Assembly: GCA_963820525.1 (NCBI GenBank)
Contig: CAWGAA010000003.1
Location: 928,001 to 992,000 of the forward strand
DNA: 64,000 bases
DNA from: an uncultured Spirochaetota bacterium
GTDB taxonomy: Bacteria > Spirochaetota > Spirochaetia > SZUA-6 > Fen-1364
Direction: 5' to 3'
Below are positions 8,836 to 19,170 of the stretch, piece by piece. The notes below the pieces were generated by a model. It was not told where the DNA came from, searched no databases, and was given only the letters and a program-made list of their open reading frames with translations. Numbering within the stretch: the first letter of the stretch is position 1; each line of letters begins with the position of its first letter. The translations under genes were made by a program, and so were the position numbers.

Positions 8836-10551
8836 ATGAACCGGAGCATGGGCGCGGATGTCCTCGTCAAATGCCTTCTCCAAGAAAAGGTCTCCTTCAT
8901 TTTCGGCATCCCCGGCGGCCAGCTCTGCCCCATCCTTGATGGAGTTCACCGCCTTGGCGCGGATGCGGGCCTGAGGTTTGTCATGACCCGCCACGAGCAG
9001 GCGGCCGCCCACATGGCCGACGCATACGCGCGGGTCACGGGCAGGCCGGGTGTGTGCATGGGAACGGTCGGGCCGGGAGCGGCGGACCTCGTGCCCGGGG
9101 TCTACGCGGCCTGGGCGGACTCGATCCCTATGGTCGTGCTCACCGCCCAGAACCAGACCTGGAAGAGCTATCCCGAGCGCGGCTCGATGCAATCGCTGAA
9201 TCAGATCGACCTCATGGCACCGATCACCAAGTGGGGCGCACGGGTGACGCACTGGAAGCGCATCCCGGAGCTGGTGAACCGGGCATTTCGCACGGCCACC
9301 TCGGGGCGCCCCCGGCCCGTTCATCTCGACCTCCATGTGGACGTCCTCGTGGATACGGGCGATGAGGCGGAGCTGGAATGGGGGGCGCCGCTGCCTGAGT
9401 CGCGGCCTGTCGCCGATGCCGAGCTCATTAACAAGGCCGCAAAGATGCTGATCGAGGCGGAGCGCCCGCTGATCCATCCCGGCGGCGGGGCGGTGCGCTC
9501 CGGGGCGTGGGACGAGATTCGCGAGCTGGCCGAATACCTGGCTGCGCCGGTGACGACCAGCCAGGCGGCGCGGGGCATCATCCCCGAAGACCATCCCCTC
9601 TGCCTTATCGCCGGCGGATACGGCGCCCTGGGCGCCCAGGCCGCGGCCGACGTCGTCCTCCTTGTCGGAGGACGCCTCGGTGACGTGGACTTCTGGGGGC
9701 GGCCGCCCTACTGGGGTGAAGCCGCAGTGCAGAAGCTGATCCAGATCGATATCGAGGCGGAAAACATCGGGTTGAATCGCCCGGTGGATGTCGCGCTGCT
9801 TGGGGACGCGCGCTCGACGCTGAGGGCGTTGGCCGCCGAGGTGCGGCGCCTGGCCAAGCCCGCGCGCGAGCGTCCCTGCCTCTCGGAATACCGCGCCACG
9901 CAGGAAGCCTGGCTGGCCCAGTTCGAGGAGGGCGCCGGCTCGGATCGGCGGCCGATTCACCCCCTGCGCCTGGTGCGGGAGGTGCGCGCGGCGTTCCCCC
10001 GGGATGCAATCTGCGCCGTGGACGGCGGCAACATCAACCTCTGGGCGCACTACCTGAACCGTTCCTACACGCCGCGCGCGTTCCTCTGGGCCGCGGACTC
10101 CGGCCACCTCGGCACCGGGCTTCCCTACGCCATCGGCGCGAAGCTTGCCGCGCCCGGCCGCTCGGTCTACGCGATCTGCGGCGACGGCGCCTTCGGCCTG
10201 AACATCCAGGAATTGGAGACGGCCGCCCGCCTGGCAACTCCGCTCGTCGTCATCGTGGCCGACGACGGCCAGTGGGGAATGATCAAGGGGGCCCAGCGCT
10301 CCGGCTACGGTGCGCGCTACGTGGGCACAGACTTCTGTGACGTGCGCTACGATCAGGTCGCCCGCGCCATGGGGTGTTTCGGTGAGCGCGTCGAGGACCC
10401 GGGCGAGCTCGCCCCGGCACTGGAGCGCGCGGCCGCCTCGGGCAAGGCGGCGGTCCTCGACGTGATGATCGACCCGACCGTCAACCTCGCCCCGCCGGAC
10501 CTCGAGAACCTGGACGCCGTGTGGATGGAAGGCTGCGAGCTGCCATGGTGA
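8836..10551 (+). CDS. Thiamine-diphosphate-dependent enzyme (ALS / hydroxyacyl-CoA lyase / benzaldehyde lyase superfamily)
   Basis: FGIPGG, RHEQAAAHMAD, GPG, and ThDP motif GDGAF...DDGQWG; AAGGAG RBS. Confidence 0.92.
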   Translation: MNRSMGADVLVKCLLQEKVSFIFGIPGGQLCPILDGVHRLGADAGLRFVMTRHEQAAAHMADAYARVTGRPGVCMGTVGPGAADLVPGVYAAWADSIPMVVLTAQNQTWKSYPERGSMQSLNQIDLMAPITKWGARVTHWKRIPELVNRAFRTATSGRPRPVHLDLHVDVLVDTGDEAELEWGAPLPESRPVADAELINKAAKMLIEAERPLIHPGGGAVRSGAWDEIRELAEYLAAPVTTSQAARGIIPEDHPLCLIAGGYGALGAQAAADVVLLVGGRLGDVDFWGRPPYWGEAAVQKLIQIDIEAENIGLNRPVDVALLGDARSTLRALAAEVRRLAKPARERPCLSEYRATQEAWLAQFEEGAGSDRRPIHPLRLVREVRAAFPRDAICAVDGGNINLWAHYLNRSYTPRAFLWAADSGHLGTGLPYAIGAKLAAPGRSVYAICGDGAFGLNIQELETAARLATPLVVIVADDGQWGMIKGAQRSGYGARYVGTDFCDVRYDQVARAMGCFGERVEDPGELAPALERAAASGKAAVLDVMIDPTVNLAPPDLENLDAVWMEGCELPW

Positions 10552-11579
10552 CAATGCAGGCCGCGGTGTTTCGCGCCGCAGGACAGATCGAGATCGGAGA
10601 GGTTCCCCGGCCCCAGCCCGGCTCGGATGAGGCGTTGATCCGCGTCGCGTACTGCGGGATCTGCGGGTCGGACCTGGAGGCATATCAGACCGGGATGTAC
10701 GAGCCGGGGATCATCATCGGCCATGAGCTTTCAGGGACCATCGAGGCGGTGGGAACGGCGGTGACGGGCTGGAGCGGGGGCGACCGCGTGGTGGTGAACG
10801 ACGCGATTCCCTGCGGCGAGTGCGCGCCCTGCCGCGAGGGACGGCTCGACGCCTGCGAGAGCCTGACCCTGATCGGAATCACGCACAACGGGGGCTTTGC
10901 CGAATATACCACGATCAGCGCGCGGGGCCTCCACCGCGTTCCCGACGCCGTGAGCCTCCGCCAGGCGGCGCTGGTGGAGCCTCTCGCGGTGGCTCTCCAC
11001 GGCTTGACGAAGTCGCGCCTAAAGCCCGGCGATCACGCCCTCGTCATGGGCGCGGGCCCGATCGGGCTCATGGTGCTCCAGTGCGCGCGGCTTGCCGGGG
11101 CCCGCACGGTCGCCGTCACGGAGATCGATCCCGCCCGCGCAGCCTGCGCCGCGCTTCTCGGGGCGGCGCGCGTGCTCGATCCCCGCCGCGAAAACGTCGG
11201 GCTCGCCCTCGCCGACCTGACGGACCACCGCGGCCCCGACGTGATCTACGTGTGCACGGGGGCGCCGGAGGCGCTCGAAGCGGCCGTTTCCCTCGCGCGC
11301 AAGGGAGGCCAGATTTTCATTCTGGGGGTGTGCGTCCAGCCCGTGCCCGCAGATTTCATGAGCGTCGCGATGAGCGAGTTGTGCATCGAAGGCAGCTTCG
11401 CGGGACGAAGCGGCTTCCCCGCCTCCATCGATTTCATCGCGCAAGGGCGCGTGAAGGTCGACCCGCTCATATCGGAGGAGATTGCGCTGGACCAGCTGCT
11501 CACCCGGGGATTCGACAGGCTGACCACGGAGGGCTCCGGCGCGATCAAGATTCTGGTCCGCATAGGAGGAAGTGCATGA
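10545..11579 (+). CDS. Zn-dependent medium-chain alcohol dehydrogenase
   Basis: CGICGSD, GHE, structural Zn CGECAPC...C, and GAGPIG Rossmann motif. Confidence 0.92.
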   Translation: MVTMQAAVFRAAGQIEIGEVPRPQPGSDEALIRVAYCGICGSDLEAYQTGMYEPGIIIGHELSGTIEAVGTAVTGWSGGDRVVVNDAIPCGECAPCREGRLDACESLTLIGITHNGGFAEYTTISARGLHRVPDAVSLRQAALVEPLAVALHGLTKSRLKPGDHALVMGAGPIGLMVLQCARLAGARTVAVTEIDPARAACAALLGAARVLDPRRENVGLALADLTDHRGPDVIYVCTGAPEALEAAVSLARKGGQIFILGVCVQPVPADFMSVAMSELCIEGSFAGRSGFPASIDFIAQGRVKVDPLISEEIALDQLLTRGFDRLTTEGSGAIKILVRIGGSA

Positions 11580-12037
11580 AAATGGCGACCCTCGAGTATC
11601 TGCAGGAAGTCAAGAAGCGGAGCAACTCCGATCCGCGGTACCTGGAATTGGCCAAGGGCAACAATGAGTCGTACACCCTGGTGCTCGAGGCGGAGCCTGC
11701 CCAGGGCGTGACGGAGACCACCGTCCTCGGCTTCGACAATGTGAAGGGCAAGATGAACGAAGTCTGGATCGGCCAGCGGCCTACCCTCTTCACCCTCTCC
11801 GGCTCGTATGGCGTGTGGGTGGACATCCTTCGCGGCAAGATGGGCGCGACCAAGGCTATCACCATGCGCAGGCTCAAGACCCAGGGCCCCTTCCTCCAGC
11901 TCCTCCAGGGCGGTCCGCGCATCATCCACTGGGTCGAGATACTGCGGACCATCCCCACCGAGTTCGAGGGATCGTACTCCCGGTACAACCTCTCCGCAGC
12001 GCCCCCAAGCGCCGCGGACGGCGGCCATGATTCTTGA
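11576..12037 (+). CDS. SCP2 sterol/lipid-binding domain protein
   Basis: ATGA overlap with the ADH; LSGSYGVWVDILRGKMGATKAITMRRLKTQG matches the SCP2 pattern. The real gene is the 3' part of ORF 10820-12037. Confidence 0.75.
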   Translation: MKMATLEYLQEVKKRSNSDPRYLELAKGNNESYTLVLEAEPAQGVTETTVLGFDNVKGKMNEVWIGQRPTLFTLSGSYGVWVDILRGKMGATKAITMRRLKTQGPFLQLLQGGPRIIHWVEILRTIPTEFEGSYSRYNLSAAPPSAADGGHDS

Positions 12038-12186
12038 CCGGGCCACCGACACTGCCCGGCTTGAACCAGCACGCTCAATTGAACTTCACATTGGAAAATG
12101 GTATCCTTGTGACGCCTGACGCTGTACTGGTGTTTCAATGTACGGGCAAGGGAGAGCTCGCGCCGTATCAATGGCCAAAGGATAAA

Positions 12187-13122
12187 ATGCAATACGTTTT
12201 CATCTTCCTGCTCATTTCATCCCTTTCCGTCGGCATCGTCACCAACGTACTCGCCTTCGCCGTTTTTTTTCGGAATAAAACCGCTCTGGAAAAACTGTTT
12301 CTCGCGTTCCTTACCTGCTTCACCCTGCGCATGCTGGCGGATACGGTCATGTTTTACGTCCTCCCGCTTCTCCCCTCATCGGGCACCCCGCTCTATATTT
12401 CGCTCTTAGCTGGTCGGATTACGATGGTGGGGACGATCGTCTTTATCACTCTTTTCATGCACAAATTGACGGATATCTTTCAGTCGAACAAAAGCCGCCG
12501 CGTCATATATCCGCTCTTCGGAGGTCTTTTTCTTTTCTTTGTAATCCACTTCATACTCAGCCGCGCGTATCAGCCGCCGACATTGAAGGATCTTGACGCG
12601 TTTTCTCCGGTGGATTTTTTATTTTTTATTTTGCCCTTGTATCCCATCGCGATTTTCTTCCTATTCTCAAGGAGAATCAAAAACGTCACTCTTCATAAAA
12701 TGATCCGCAGTTTCATTATCATGATTCTTCTCACCTTCCCCATACTGATATTGGAAGACGTATTTGGAAGCTTCTCGATCATTTTCGATTTCGCCCGTGA
12801 TAACCCGGTGGATATGCGGCTGTTTCCCGTTATCTACCTCATGATCTATCTTTTTCTCCTGTATGAGGGATTCAAAAACGTCATTCTTGAAAAAAGACTT
12901 TCTCATACGCCGCACCGGATCAGCGTTGCCTTCATTACTCATTTCGGCATCACGGAGCGGGAACAGGAAATCATCGCCATCATGATAGAAGGCGCCAGCA
13001 ACAAGGAAATCGGCAAAAAACTCTTTATTTCCGCGGCCACGGTCAGGAACCATATCCATAATGTTTTTGAAAAAACTCACGCGACCAACCGCGTGGAGCT
13101 GATCCGTATCGCGACCTCATAG
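12187..13122 (+). CDS. Membrane-anchored LuxR-type regulator (multi-TM N-terminus, C-terminal HTH)
   Basis: About 7 hydrophobic segments, then GITEREQEII...GASNKEIGKKLFISAATVRNHIHNVFEK. Confidence 0.88.
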   Translation: MQYVFIFLLISSLSVGIVTNVLAFAVFFRNKTALEKLFLAFLTCFTLRMLADTVMFYVLPLLPSSGTPLYISLLAGRITMVGTIVFITLFMHKLTDIFQSNKSRRVIYPLFGGLFLFFVIHFILSRAYQPPTLKDLDAFSPVDFLFFILPLYPIAIFFLFSRRIKNVTLHKMIRSFIIMILLTFPILILEDVFGSFSIIFDFARDNPVDMRLFPVIYLMIYLFLLYEGFKNVILEKRLSHTPHRISVAFITHFGITEREQEIIAIMIEGASNKEIGKKLFISAATVRNHIHNVFEKTHATNRVELIRIATS

Positions 13123-13204
13123 AACAAACGTTCCATTCCTTCCTTTTTTACGAAATGAAACATTGATACCATGTTCTTGAACCTTCTTCCGGGGTTATTT
13201 GTTC

Positions 13205-14332
13205 ATGATGCGGAAATGCAGGACTACTCTCATCATTGTCTTTTTCATCCATACCCTCGCCCCGTTCGCCTTCGCAGGTGAGTCTTCCGAGGTGAACCCT
13301 TTCCTTTTCGACGCTGAATTCGATTGGATCGGTCTGGGAGCCAAGGTAGGGTACACGGGATTGAGCCTTTCCCCGTTCACGGACACGATTCTTTCTCTCT
13401 CGCTCCTCGGCGTCTATGATACCTATGGATATTTCAGGACACCCCTTGACCTGCCGTATGACGGCGCACTGCCTGGCTATGACAGCGCGAAAGCCCCCTT
13501 TGTTTCCCGGTTGACGGTCCGGTCTGGGCTCGAGCTCGCCCAGGGGCTTCTCTGGAACGAACGGGACCAAAACAACAAGCTGGAGTTTTTCCTGGCCTGC
13601 AAATTGCGCTATGAAAAGAATATGGAAGACGTTGGCACAAACCAGCTTCTCTTTGATTCAAACCTCCCCGACCGCGATCGGATTCTGCAAAACTCGGTAT
13701 TCATCGGGCTGGAATGGAAGGATATCGACCGTAGAAATCCGCACCGCCTGTTGTTCGGGGTTGGTGCGGAAACGTCCATGGAATGGGGGCCGGAAGGATT
13801 CCTCAACGATTATATCGGGAAAGCCGACTTTACGCGTTTCAATCTTTCAACACGAGCCTTTTTGCCTCTCTTTGACATCGACCCGGGATCGACCCTGAAT
13901 ACGCTTTCCGCCTACATGGGTTTTTTCCTTGCCCTTGATTACGCGACGGGAAACAGCATACCGCTCAACGTTCGCGAGACCTTCGGCGGGAGGTCTCCCC
14001 GCAAGGGACTGGGCTACGCCGTGCGCGGCCTGGAGGACTGCCGGTTCGACACCCCCTTCAAGGCCGCTGCCAATTGGGAGGTGCGGCTTAATCTGCCCGC
14101 AATCGCGGATCCGGGGCTCATTCCTGGCCTGCTCTATTTCATCGACGGCGGGTACTACAATTTCATCAGTTTTCCCGATTCGGGATTCATTTTTTCAACA
14201 GGCGGGGGAATCTTTCTGTCCCTCTTCGACGTTTTCAATCTTACGCTCACCACGCAATTTCTTTTGAACAAAACAAGGGTGACGGGAGAGTATTGGGCTC
14301 CTCTCTTTTTTACCTTTATTTTTCATTTTTAA
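13205..14332 (+). CDS. Putative outer-membrane beta-barrel, Omp85/TamA barrel-like
   Basis: Signal peptide, amphipathic strands, FGG...AVRGL lid-like motif, FIDGG, C-terminal Phe (FTFIFHF). Confidence 0.6.
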   Translation: MMRKCRTTLIIVFFIHTLAPFAFAGESSEVNPFLFDAEFDWIGLGAKVGYTGLSLSPFTDTILSLSLLGVYDTYGYFRTPLDLPYDGALPGYDSAKAPFVSRLTVRSGLELAQGLLWNERDQNNKLEFFLACKLRYEKNMEDVGTNQLLFDSNLPDRDRILQNSVFIGLEWKDIDRRNPHRLLFGVGAETSMEWGPEGFLNDYIGKADFTRFNLSTRAFLPLFDIDPGSTLNTLSAYMGFFLALDYATGNSIPLNVRETFGGRSPRKGLGYAVRGLEDCRFDTPFKAAANWEVRLNLPAIADPGLIPGLLYFIDGGYYNFISFPDSGFIFSTGGGIFLSLFDVFNLTLTTQFLLNKTRVTGEYWAPLFFTFIFHF

Positions 14333-14349
14333 TTTTACGGAGGCATTTG

Positions 14350-15015
14350 ATGAAAAGGCTTTTTGCGCTGGCAATCCTTTCTGTCTTGTGCGCCTGTCTC
14401 TGGGGGGATGAGATTTTCACCTACCGGATGCAAAAGGAAAATGAGGTCGATACGTTCACGATGACCGTGACAGATACCGGCGATGGCTACATCGTCAGGG
14501 AATCCCAGAATCAAGAAAAAGAGGAACGGATTGTGACAGCCAATCCATCCTATTCGACTCAGACGTTTCGTTTCCGCAACGCTTCAACCTGCACGGATTA
14601 TATAGCCGAGCGCACGGGCAACAAAATCTCGGTTACAGGCATGCTCAATAACCGGACGCTCAAACGCGAGTTTTCTATAAATGAAAATCCCTGGTATCAA
14701 TCCATGGAACAGGCTCTCGGTTATTTCTCAGGCCTCGCTCGGGACAACGTCAAATTCTGGCTCATCAATGCGGACGAGTGCGAAATCCATGAAATGGAAG
14801 CCGCCAAAATAGGCGCGGAAAACATCTCGATTATGGGCGCGTCGGTTCAGGCACAGAAAATAAGAGTCACCCTGACAGGATTTGCCTCGCTTTTCTGGAG
14901 CGCGGCCTATTGGTTTGGATCGGTGGATTGCGTGTATCTACGCTATGAGACGACCGAAGGCCCGGGCGGTCCGAAACTTGTCATCGAGCTCCTAAAAATT
15001 GGCGGGAAAACATGA
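14350..15015 (+). CDS. Exported hypothetical protein (DUF3108 / LolA-fold-like)
   Basis: Signal peptide; beta-rich; tail pattern IRVTLTGFASLFWSAAYWF...YLRYE. Confidence 0.6.
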   Translation: MKRLFALAILSVLCACLWGDEIFTYRMQKENEVDTFTMTVTDTGDGYIVRESQNQEKEERIVTANPSYSTQTFRFRNASTCTDYIAERTGNKISVTGMLNNRTLKREFSINENPWYQSMEQALGYFSGLARDNVKFWLINADECEIHEMEAAKIGAENISIMGASVQAQKIRVTLTGFASLFWSAAYWFGSVDCVYLRYETTEGPGGPKLVIELLKIGGKT

Positions 15016-15059
15016 ATTCTCGCGTCTAAAAAAGAGCGAAATACCGTGGAGGTAATATC

Positions 15060-15812
15060 ATGAGCTATATTCAGATATTGTCTTTACTCCTGATCCTGCC
15101 GGCACTGGCGGCCTTTGGCATGACGCCGGAAGATGTGCACGCTCTGGTGGAACGGGTGGATAACAATTCCTCACCTATTCAATATGAGTCCGACCTGGCC
15201 ATAAAGAATTACGGGCCCGGCGGCAGTTTGACGGAACAGCAGGCCCATGTCTTCAGAAAAGGCGATAAAGTCCTTATCGCCATTACCGCCCCCGCGATTC
15301 AGAGGGGACAGGCCGTCATCAGAAACACGGATGATATGTGGATGTACCTGCCCAATTCGGGCAGGGTTCTTCGCATCGGGGCCAAGGAACAGTCCATGGG
15401 AGGCGAGGCATCCAATACAGATCTGCTGCGCGTCGATCTGGCAAAAGACTATAACGGCGCGTATGGGGGAGAAGAAAGCATCGACGGCGTTCCCTGCTAC
15501 AAGCTGGAATTGCTGGCGAAAGACCGCACCATCGCCTATGACAGGGTGGTCTACTGGGTCAGCAAAGACAGGGAGCTCCCCGTGAAGAGGGAATTCTATT
15601 CCCTTTCCGGGAAACTCCTGAAAACCATGTATTTCAAGGATGTAAAAAGCTACCAGGGGCGAATGCGGCCTTCTTTCATGCTGATCCAGAACGAGAAGAA
15701 TCAGCAATACAAGACCGAAATCATCCTCATGGACATGATCGAGGTCAATAATCTCCAGGATTTCATGTTCACGCCCTCATACGCTCAAAGGGGAATCTTT
15801 GGGAACCGTTAA
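15060..15812 (+). CDS. Outer-membrane lipoprotein-sorting (LolA-like) protein
   Basis: MWMYLPNSGRVLRI, SNTDL, CYKLEL, YWVSKD...REFYSLSGKLLK patterns; signal peptide. Confidence 0.85.
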   Translation: MSYIQILSLLLILPALAAFGMTPEDVHALVERVDNNSSPIQYESDLAIKNYGPGGSLTEQQAHVFRKGDKVLIAITAPAIQRGQAVIRNTDDMWMYLPNSGRVLRIGAKEQSMGGEASNTDLLRVDLAKDYNGAYGGEESIDGVPCYKLELLAKDRTIAYDRVVYWVSKDRELPVKREFYSLSGKLLKTMYFKDVKSYQGRMRPSFMLIQNEKNQQYKTEIILMDMIEVNNLQDFMFTPSYAQRGIFGNR

Positions 15813-15826
15813 GAAGGAGAAATCAT

Positions 15827-16513
15827 ATGGCATCCATACGGCTGATAGATTTGAAAAAAGATTACGATCTTGGCAAAACCAAGGTCCGAGCACTGCAAGG
15901 CGTCAGCATTTCAATCGGCAAGGGGGAGTTCGTCACCATTGCCGGACCTTCGGGAAGCGGTAAATCCACGCTCCTCAATCTCATCGGCTGCCTGGATTTT
16001 CCCACATCCGGCGAAGTCTGGATTGGCGACATGCCGGTAAGCTCTCTCAACGAGAGGCGGCTCAATAGAATACGTCTTCGCACCATCGGTTTCATTTTCC
16101 AGTCTTTCAACCTTATTCCGGTGCTGAACGTTTACGAAAACATCGAGCTGCCGCTGCTGATCCATCCCGACGTGTCCGCTTTTGAACGGAAAAAAAGAGT
16201 CGAAGCCTTGATCGATGCCGTTGGCCTGTCTCTGCAGAAAAAGCAAAAACCGGCCGAGCTTTCCGGGGGGCAGAGACAACGCGTTGCCGTCGCCCGCGCC
16301 CTTGTTACCAAACCGGCCATCGTGCTTGCGGATGAGCCCACGGCGAATCTGGACTCCAAAACCGGAATTGAAATCATCGATCTCATGCACAATATCAACA
16401 AGAGCGACTCCACCTCTTTTATCTTTTCCACCCATGACCCGAAAATCATCCAGCGGGCGGATAGAGTGTACTACCTCCAGGACGGCTGCCTGATAAAGGA
16501 GCAACGGTCATGA
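15827..16513 (+). CDS. ABC transporter ATP-binding protein (LolD/MacB type)
   Basis: GPSGSGKS, LSGGQRQRVAVARA, LADEPTANLD, STHD. Confidence 0.95.
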   Translation: MASIRLIDLKKDYDLGKTKVRALQGVSISIGKGEFVTIAGPSGSGKSTLLNLIGCLDFPTSGEVWIGDMPVSSLNERRLNRIRLRTIGFIFQSFNLIPVLNVYENIELPLLIHPDVSAFERKKRVEALIDAVGLSLQKKQKPAELSGGQRQRVAVARALVTKPAIVLADEPTANLDSKTGIEIIDLMHNINKSDSTSFIFSTHDPKIIQRADRVYYLQDGCLIKEQRS

Positions 16514-17802
16514 AGCTGCTGATGTTTGCCCTGAAGAACGCGCTCCGAAGCTGGTGGCGCACGATCATTTTTGGAATATTCATTTTCCTGATCAGCTTTA
16601 TCGCGATATTCGTGGGCTCGTTCAGTTCTACGATCCGCAATCAAATGGAAGATGCCATCATAAATGGGCTGAGCGGTCACCTTCAGATACGCGCGGGGAA
16701 TTCGGAGAACGATGATTTTGCCCAGCAGTTGAAAAGCCGCTGGAAGGGCGCGGCATATCTGGACGCCGAACAACAGAAGAGGGTCGAAAATGTCCTGCAG
16801 TCGCGCCTTGATTCCGTGGTTGTCACTCCACGCGTGCGGCACGGGGGCCTTTTCATATCCGACAAGGACAAGGCTTCTTCCCTTATCATCGGGATCGATC
16901 CGGTCAATAGGAATTATCAGGATGCCCTGATCCTCGTTCAAGGGAAAATGCTCGACCCGGACGCCAGCCATGAAATCGTGATTACGGAATCCCTGGCAAA
17001 GAAATTGAAGGTGCAAGCCGGAGCTGAAATCGGTGTCCTGAGCCGAACCAAAGACGGGTATACAATCGATGCGGCGGTGACGGTGGCGGGGATCGTTCAA
17101 TACCGCATGCTCTCCCTGTTTTCCTTTTCCGCCGTGTACACCGACATCGCTACGGCGCGTGAGCTGATCGGCTACTCACATAATGAAGCGTCGGACATCA
17201 TTCTCTATCTGAAAGACAAGGACAAGACTCCAAAATTGTATAACGAGCTTTTGGCGGCGTTCCGGCAAGATGGCATGACGGTCGTGAGCGAGAAAACAAA
17301 GCCGATTGCGGGCGAGGGAGTAAGGCTTTCAACATACAAAAGCATGGGGGGATTTTACATGGGAATCGTGTCCGGATTCATTCTTGTTTTTTACGTGCTG
17401 ATCGTTCTCATGCTCCTTATCGTGAGCATCCTTATCAGCAACCTTGTTTTCATGATGGGCATCGAACGCTACAAGGAAATCGGAACGTTACGCGCCATCG
17501 GTTTTTCCAAATTTAAAACAATCCGCATCTTTATGATGGAAATATTCTGCGTGACGGGCTTTTTCGGCCTGTTGGGCATTCTTTCAGGCACGGCGCTCAA
17601 TATCTATTTCAGCATTGCCGGCATGCCCTCCCCCTCCCCGGCCACGGATTTCATCATGGGCAAAAGGCTGTTCTTCCGCATCGATTACCCGCAAATCCTC
17701 GCTACGCTCGGGCTCCTCTTCGGGTTCACCTTTCTGGCCTCCTTTTTCCCAGCGTATAAAGCCTGCTCTCTACGGCCGGTTGAAATACTCAAAGACGCAT
17801 GA
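16510..17802 (+). CDS. FtsX/LolE-type ABC permease
   Basis: One N-terminal TM, large periplasmic domain, ERYKEIGTLRAIGF, three C-terminal TMs. Confidence 0.92.
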   Translation: MKLLMFALKNALRSWWRTIIFGIFIFLISFIAIFVGSFSSTIRNQMEDAIINGLSGHLQIRAGNSENDDFAQQLKSRWKGAAYLDAEQQKRVENVLQSRLDSVVVTPRVRHGGLFISDKDKASSLIIGIDPVNRNYQDALILVQGKMLDPDASHEIVITESLAKKLKVQAGAEIGVLSRTKDGYTIDAAVTVAGIVQYRMLSLFSFSAVYTDIATARELIGYSHNEASDIILYLKDKDKTPKLYNELLAAFRQDGMTVVSEKTKPIAGEGVRLSTYKSMGGFYMGIVSGFILVFYVLIVLMLLIVSILISNLVFMMGIERYKEIGTLRAIGFSKFKTIRIFMMEIFCVTGFFGLLGILSGTALNIYFSIAGMPSPSPATDFIMGKRLFFRIDYPQILATLGLLFGFTFLASFFPAYKACSLRPVEILKDA

Positions 17803-17824
17803 ATCGAGATCAAGGAGGACCCGG

Positions 17825-19170
17825 ATGAAGAAGCTCGCCAAAATCGCTTTCCGCAACATCATCAAGAATAGGAAGAGATCCCTGTTTATCGGGCTGGCGA
17901 TATTCATTTCCTGTCTCATTCTCCTTCTCAGCGACGCTTTCGGCAACGGCACGGCGGCCGCCATCATAAACGAATACTATTACCAGCAGGCCGGAGACGT
18001 GGTATTGCTCTGGGAAAAGGCGTTGGAAATCGAAAAAGACAGCCCTTCCCGGATCTATCTTTCACAATTCGAATCTGAAAAGGTCAAGGAGAACAAGAAG
18101 GCGCTTGCCGGCTTAAGCGCGTTTCTGCGGCAGCATGGATCTGAAATCGAGAACAGTTTCCAGGTTGTCAGGCGCGCCGCGGTGGTGGTAACGGCGGAAG
18201 ACATGATCGATGTCAATGTCTATGGATTAAGCCGGGACGAATGGCTTTTTTTAGGGCCGAAAAAGACCGTCAATCTTGAAGAAGGCGCTTTTGAAGCCGA
18301 ACCGGATTCATCGGTTATCGTCAGCCGGCTCATTGCAGACGCCGATAATCTCAAAGTCGGAGATTGGATAACCCTCGAGGTGACAACGGCGTACGGGTCA
18401 AAAACTCGCTGGATTACAGGATATCAGGAATCTACAAGAACGGGGTTCCCTGGAACAATGACTACGTTTACATGTCGGCCCCGGACGCACGGGTGCTCTA
18501 TGATTTCGACCCTGAAGATTTCGATTCAATGCGGATCTATTTGAAGGATCCGGACATAAAAGGGCCTTTCACCCGCGAGCTCAACGCGGCTCTCGGCCTC
18601 GAAAGCAAGGTTCTGCAGGCGCTTGAAGGCCCGGAAGCGAGCTCGTTTTTTACCCGGCAGGCTGAATTCTTCAAAAACATATTCACTTTTTTCGTCGTAT
18701 TCCTGATTACGATCATAGGATTCGGAATTCGCGCAACCGTCAGAATGAATCTGTTCGAACGAATGAGCGAGTTCGGCACTCTTCGCGCCATAGGCTACAA
18801 CAGAATGCAGATTTTTTTCATCATTTTTTGCGAGATCTTCCTGCTGGCGCTTTTCGCTCTGGCGTGCGCGCTTGCCAGCTCAACCGTTATTGTGCTCATA
18901 GCAAGCCGGACAGGCATCCACGTTGGATCCGAGGCGGCAAGCTATCTGTTCGGAGGCGATTACCTCTACCCCATATTCAAGCTCAAAGACGTGCTCTTTG
19001 CCTTCGCCATCATTCTTGTTTTGTCCCTCATGGCGCCGTTCAAGCCGGCGATGAAACTCTCCTGGCAGAAAATAAGCGATATCCTCCAGAAGCGGCAGGA
19101 CCGAAGCCCGCTCACGATCATGATGATAAAAGTTTTTATTTCACGCAGGAAGCGGGCAGCGACGTCATGA
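17825..19170 (+). CDS. Second FtsX/LolE-type ABC permease, frameshifted as assembled
   Basis: MKKLAKIAFRNI... joins ...NSLDYRISG...ERMSEFGTLRAIGY if the A5 run at 18400-18404 is A6. Confidence 0.88.

Noticed and set aside
18395..18410. Programmed ribosomal frameshift in the second FtsX permease
   Set aside because: No precedent known to me for this family, and the same one-base-loss pattern recurs in unrelated genes.
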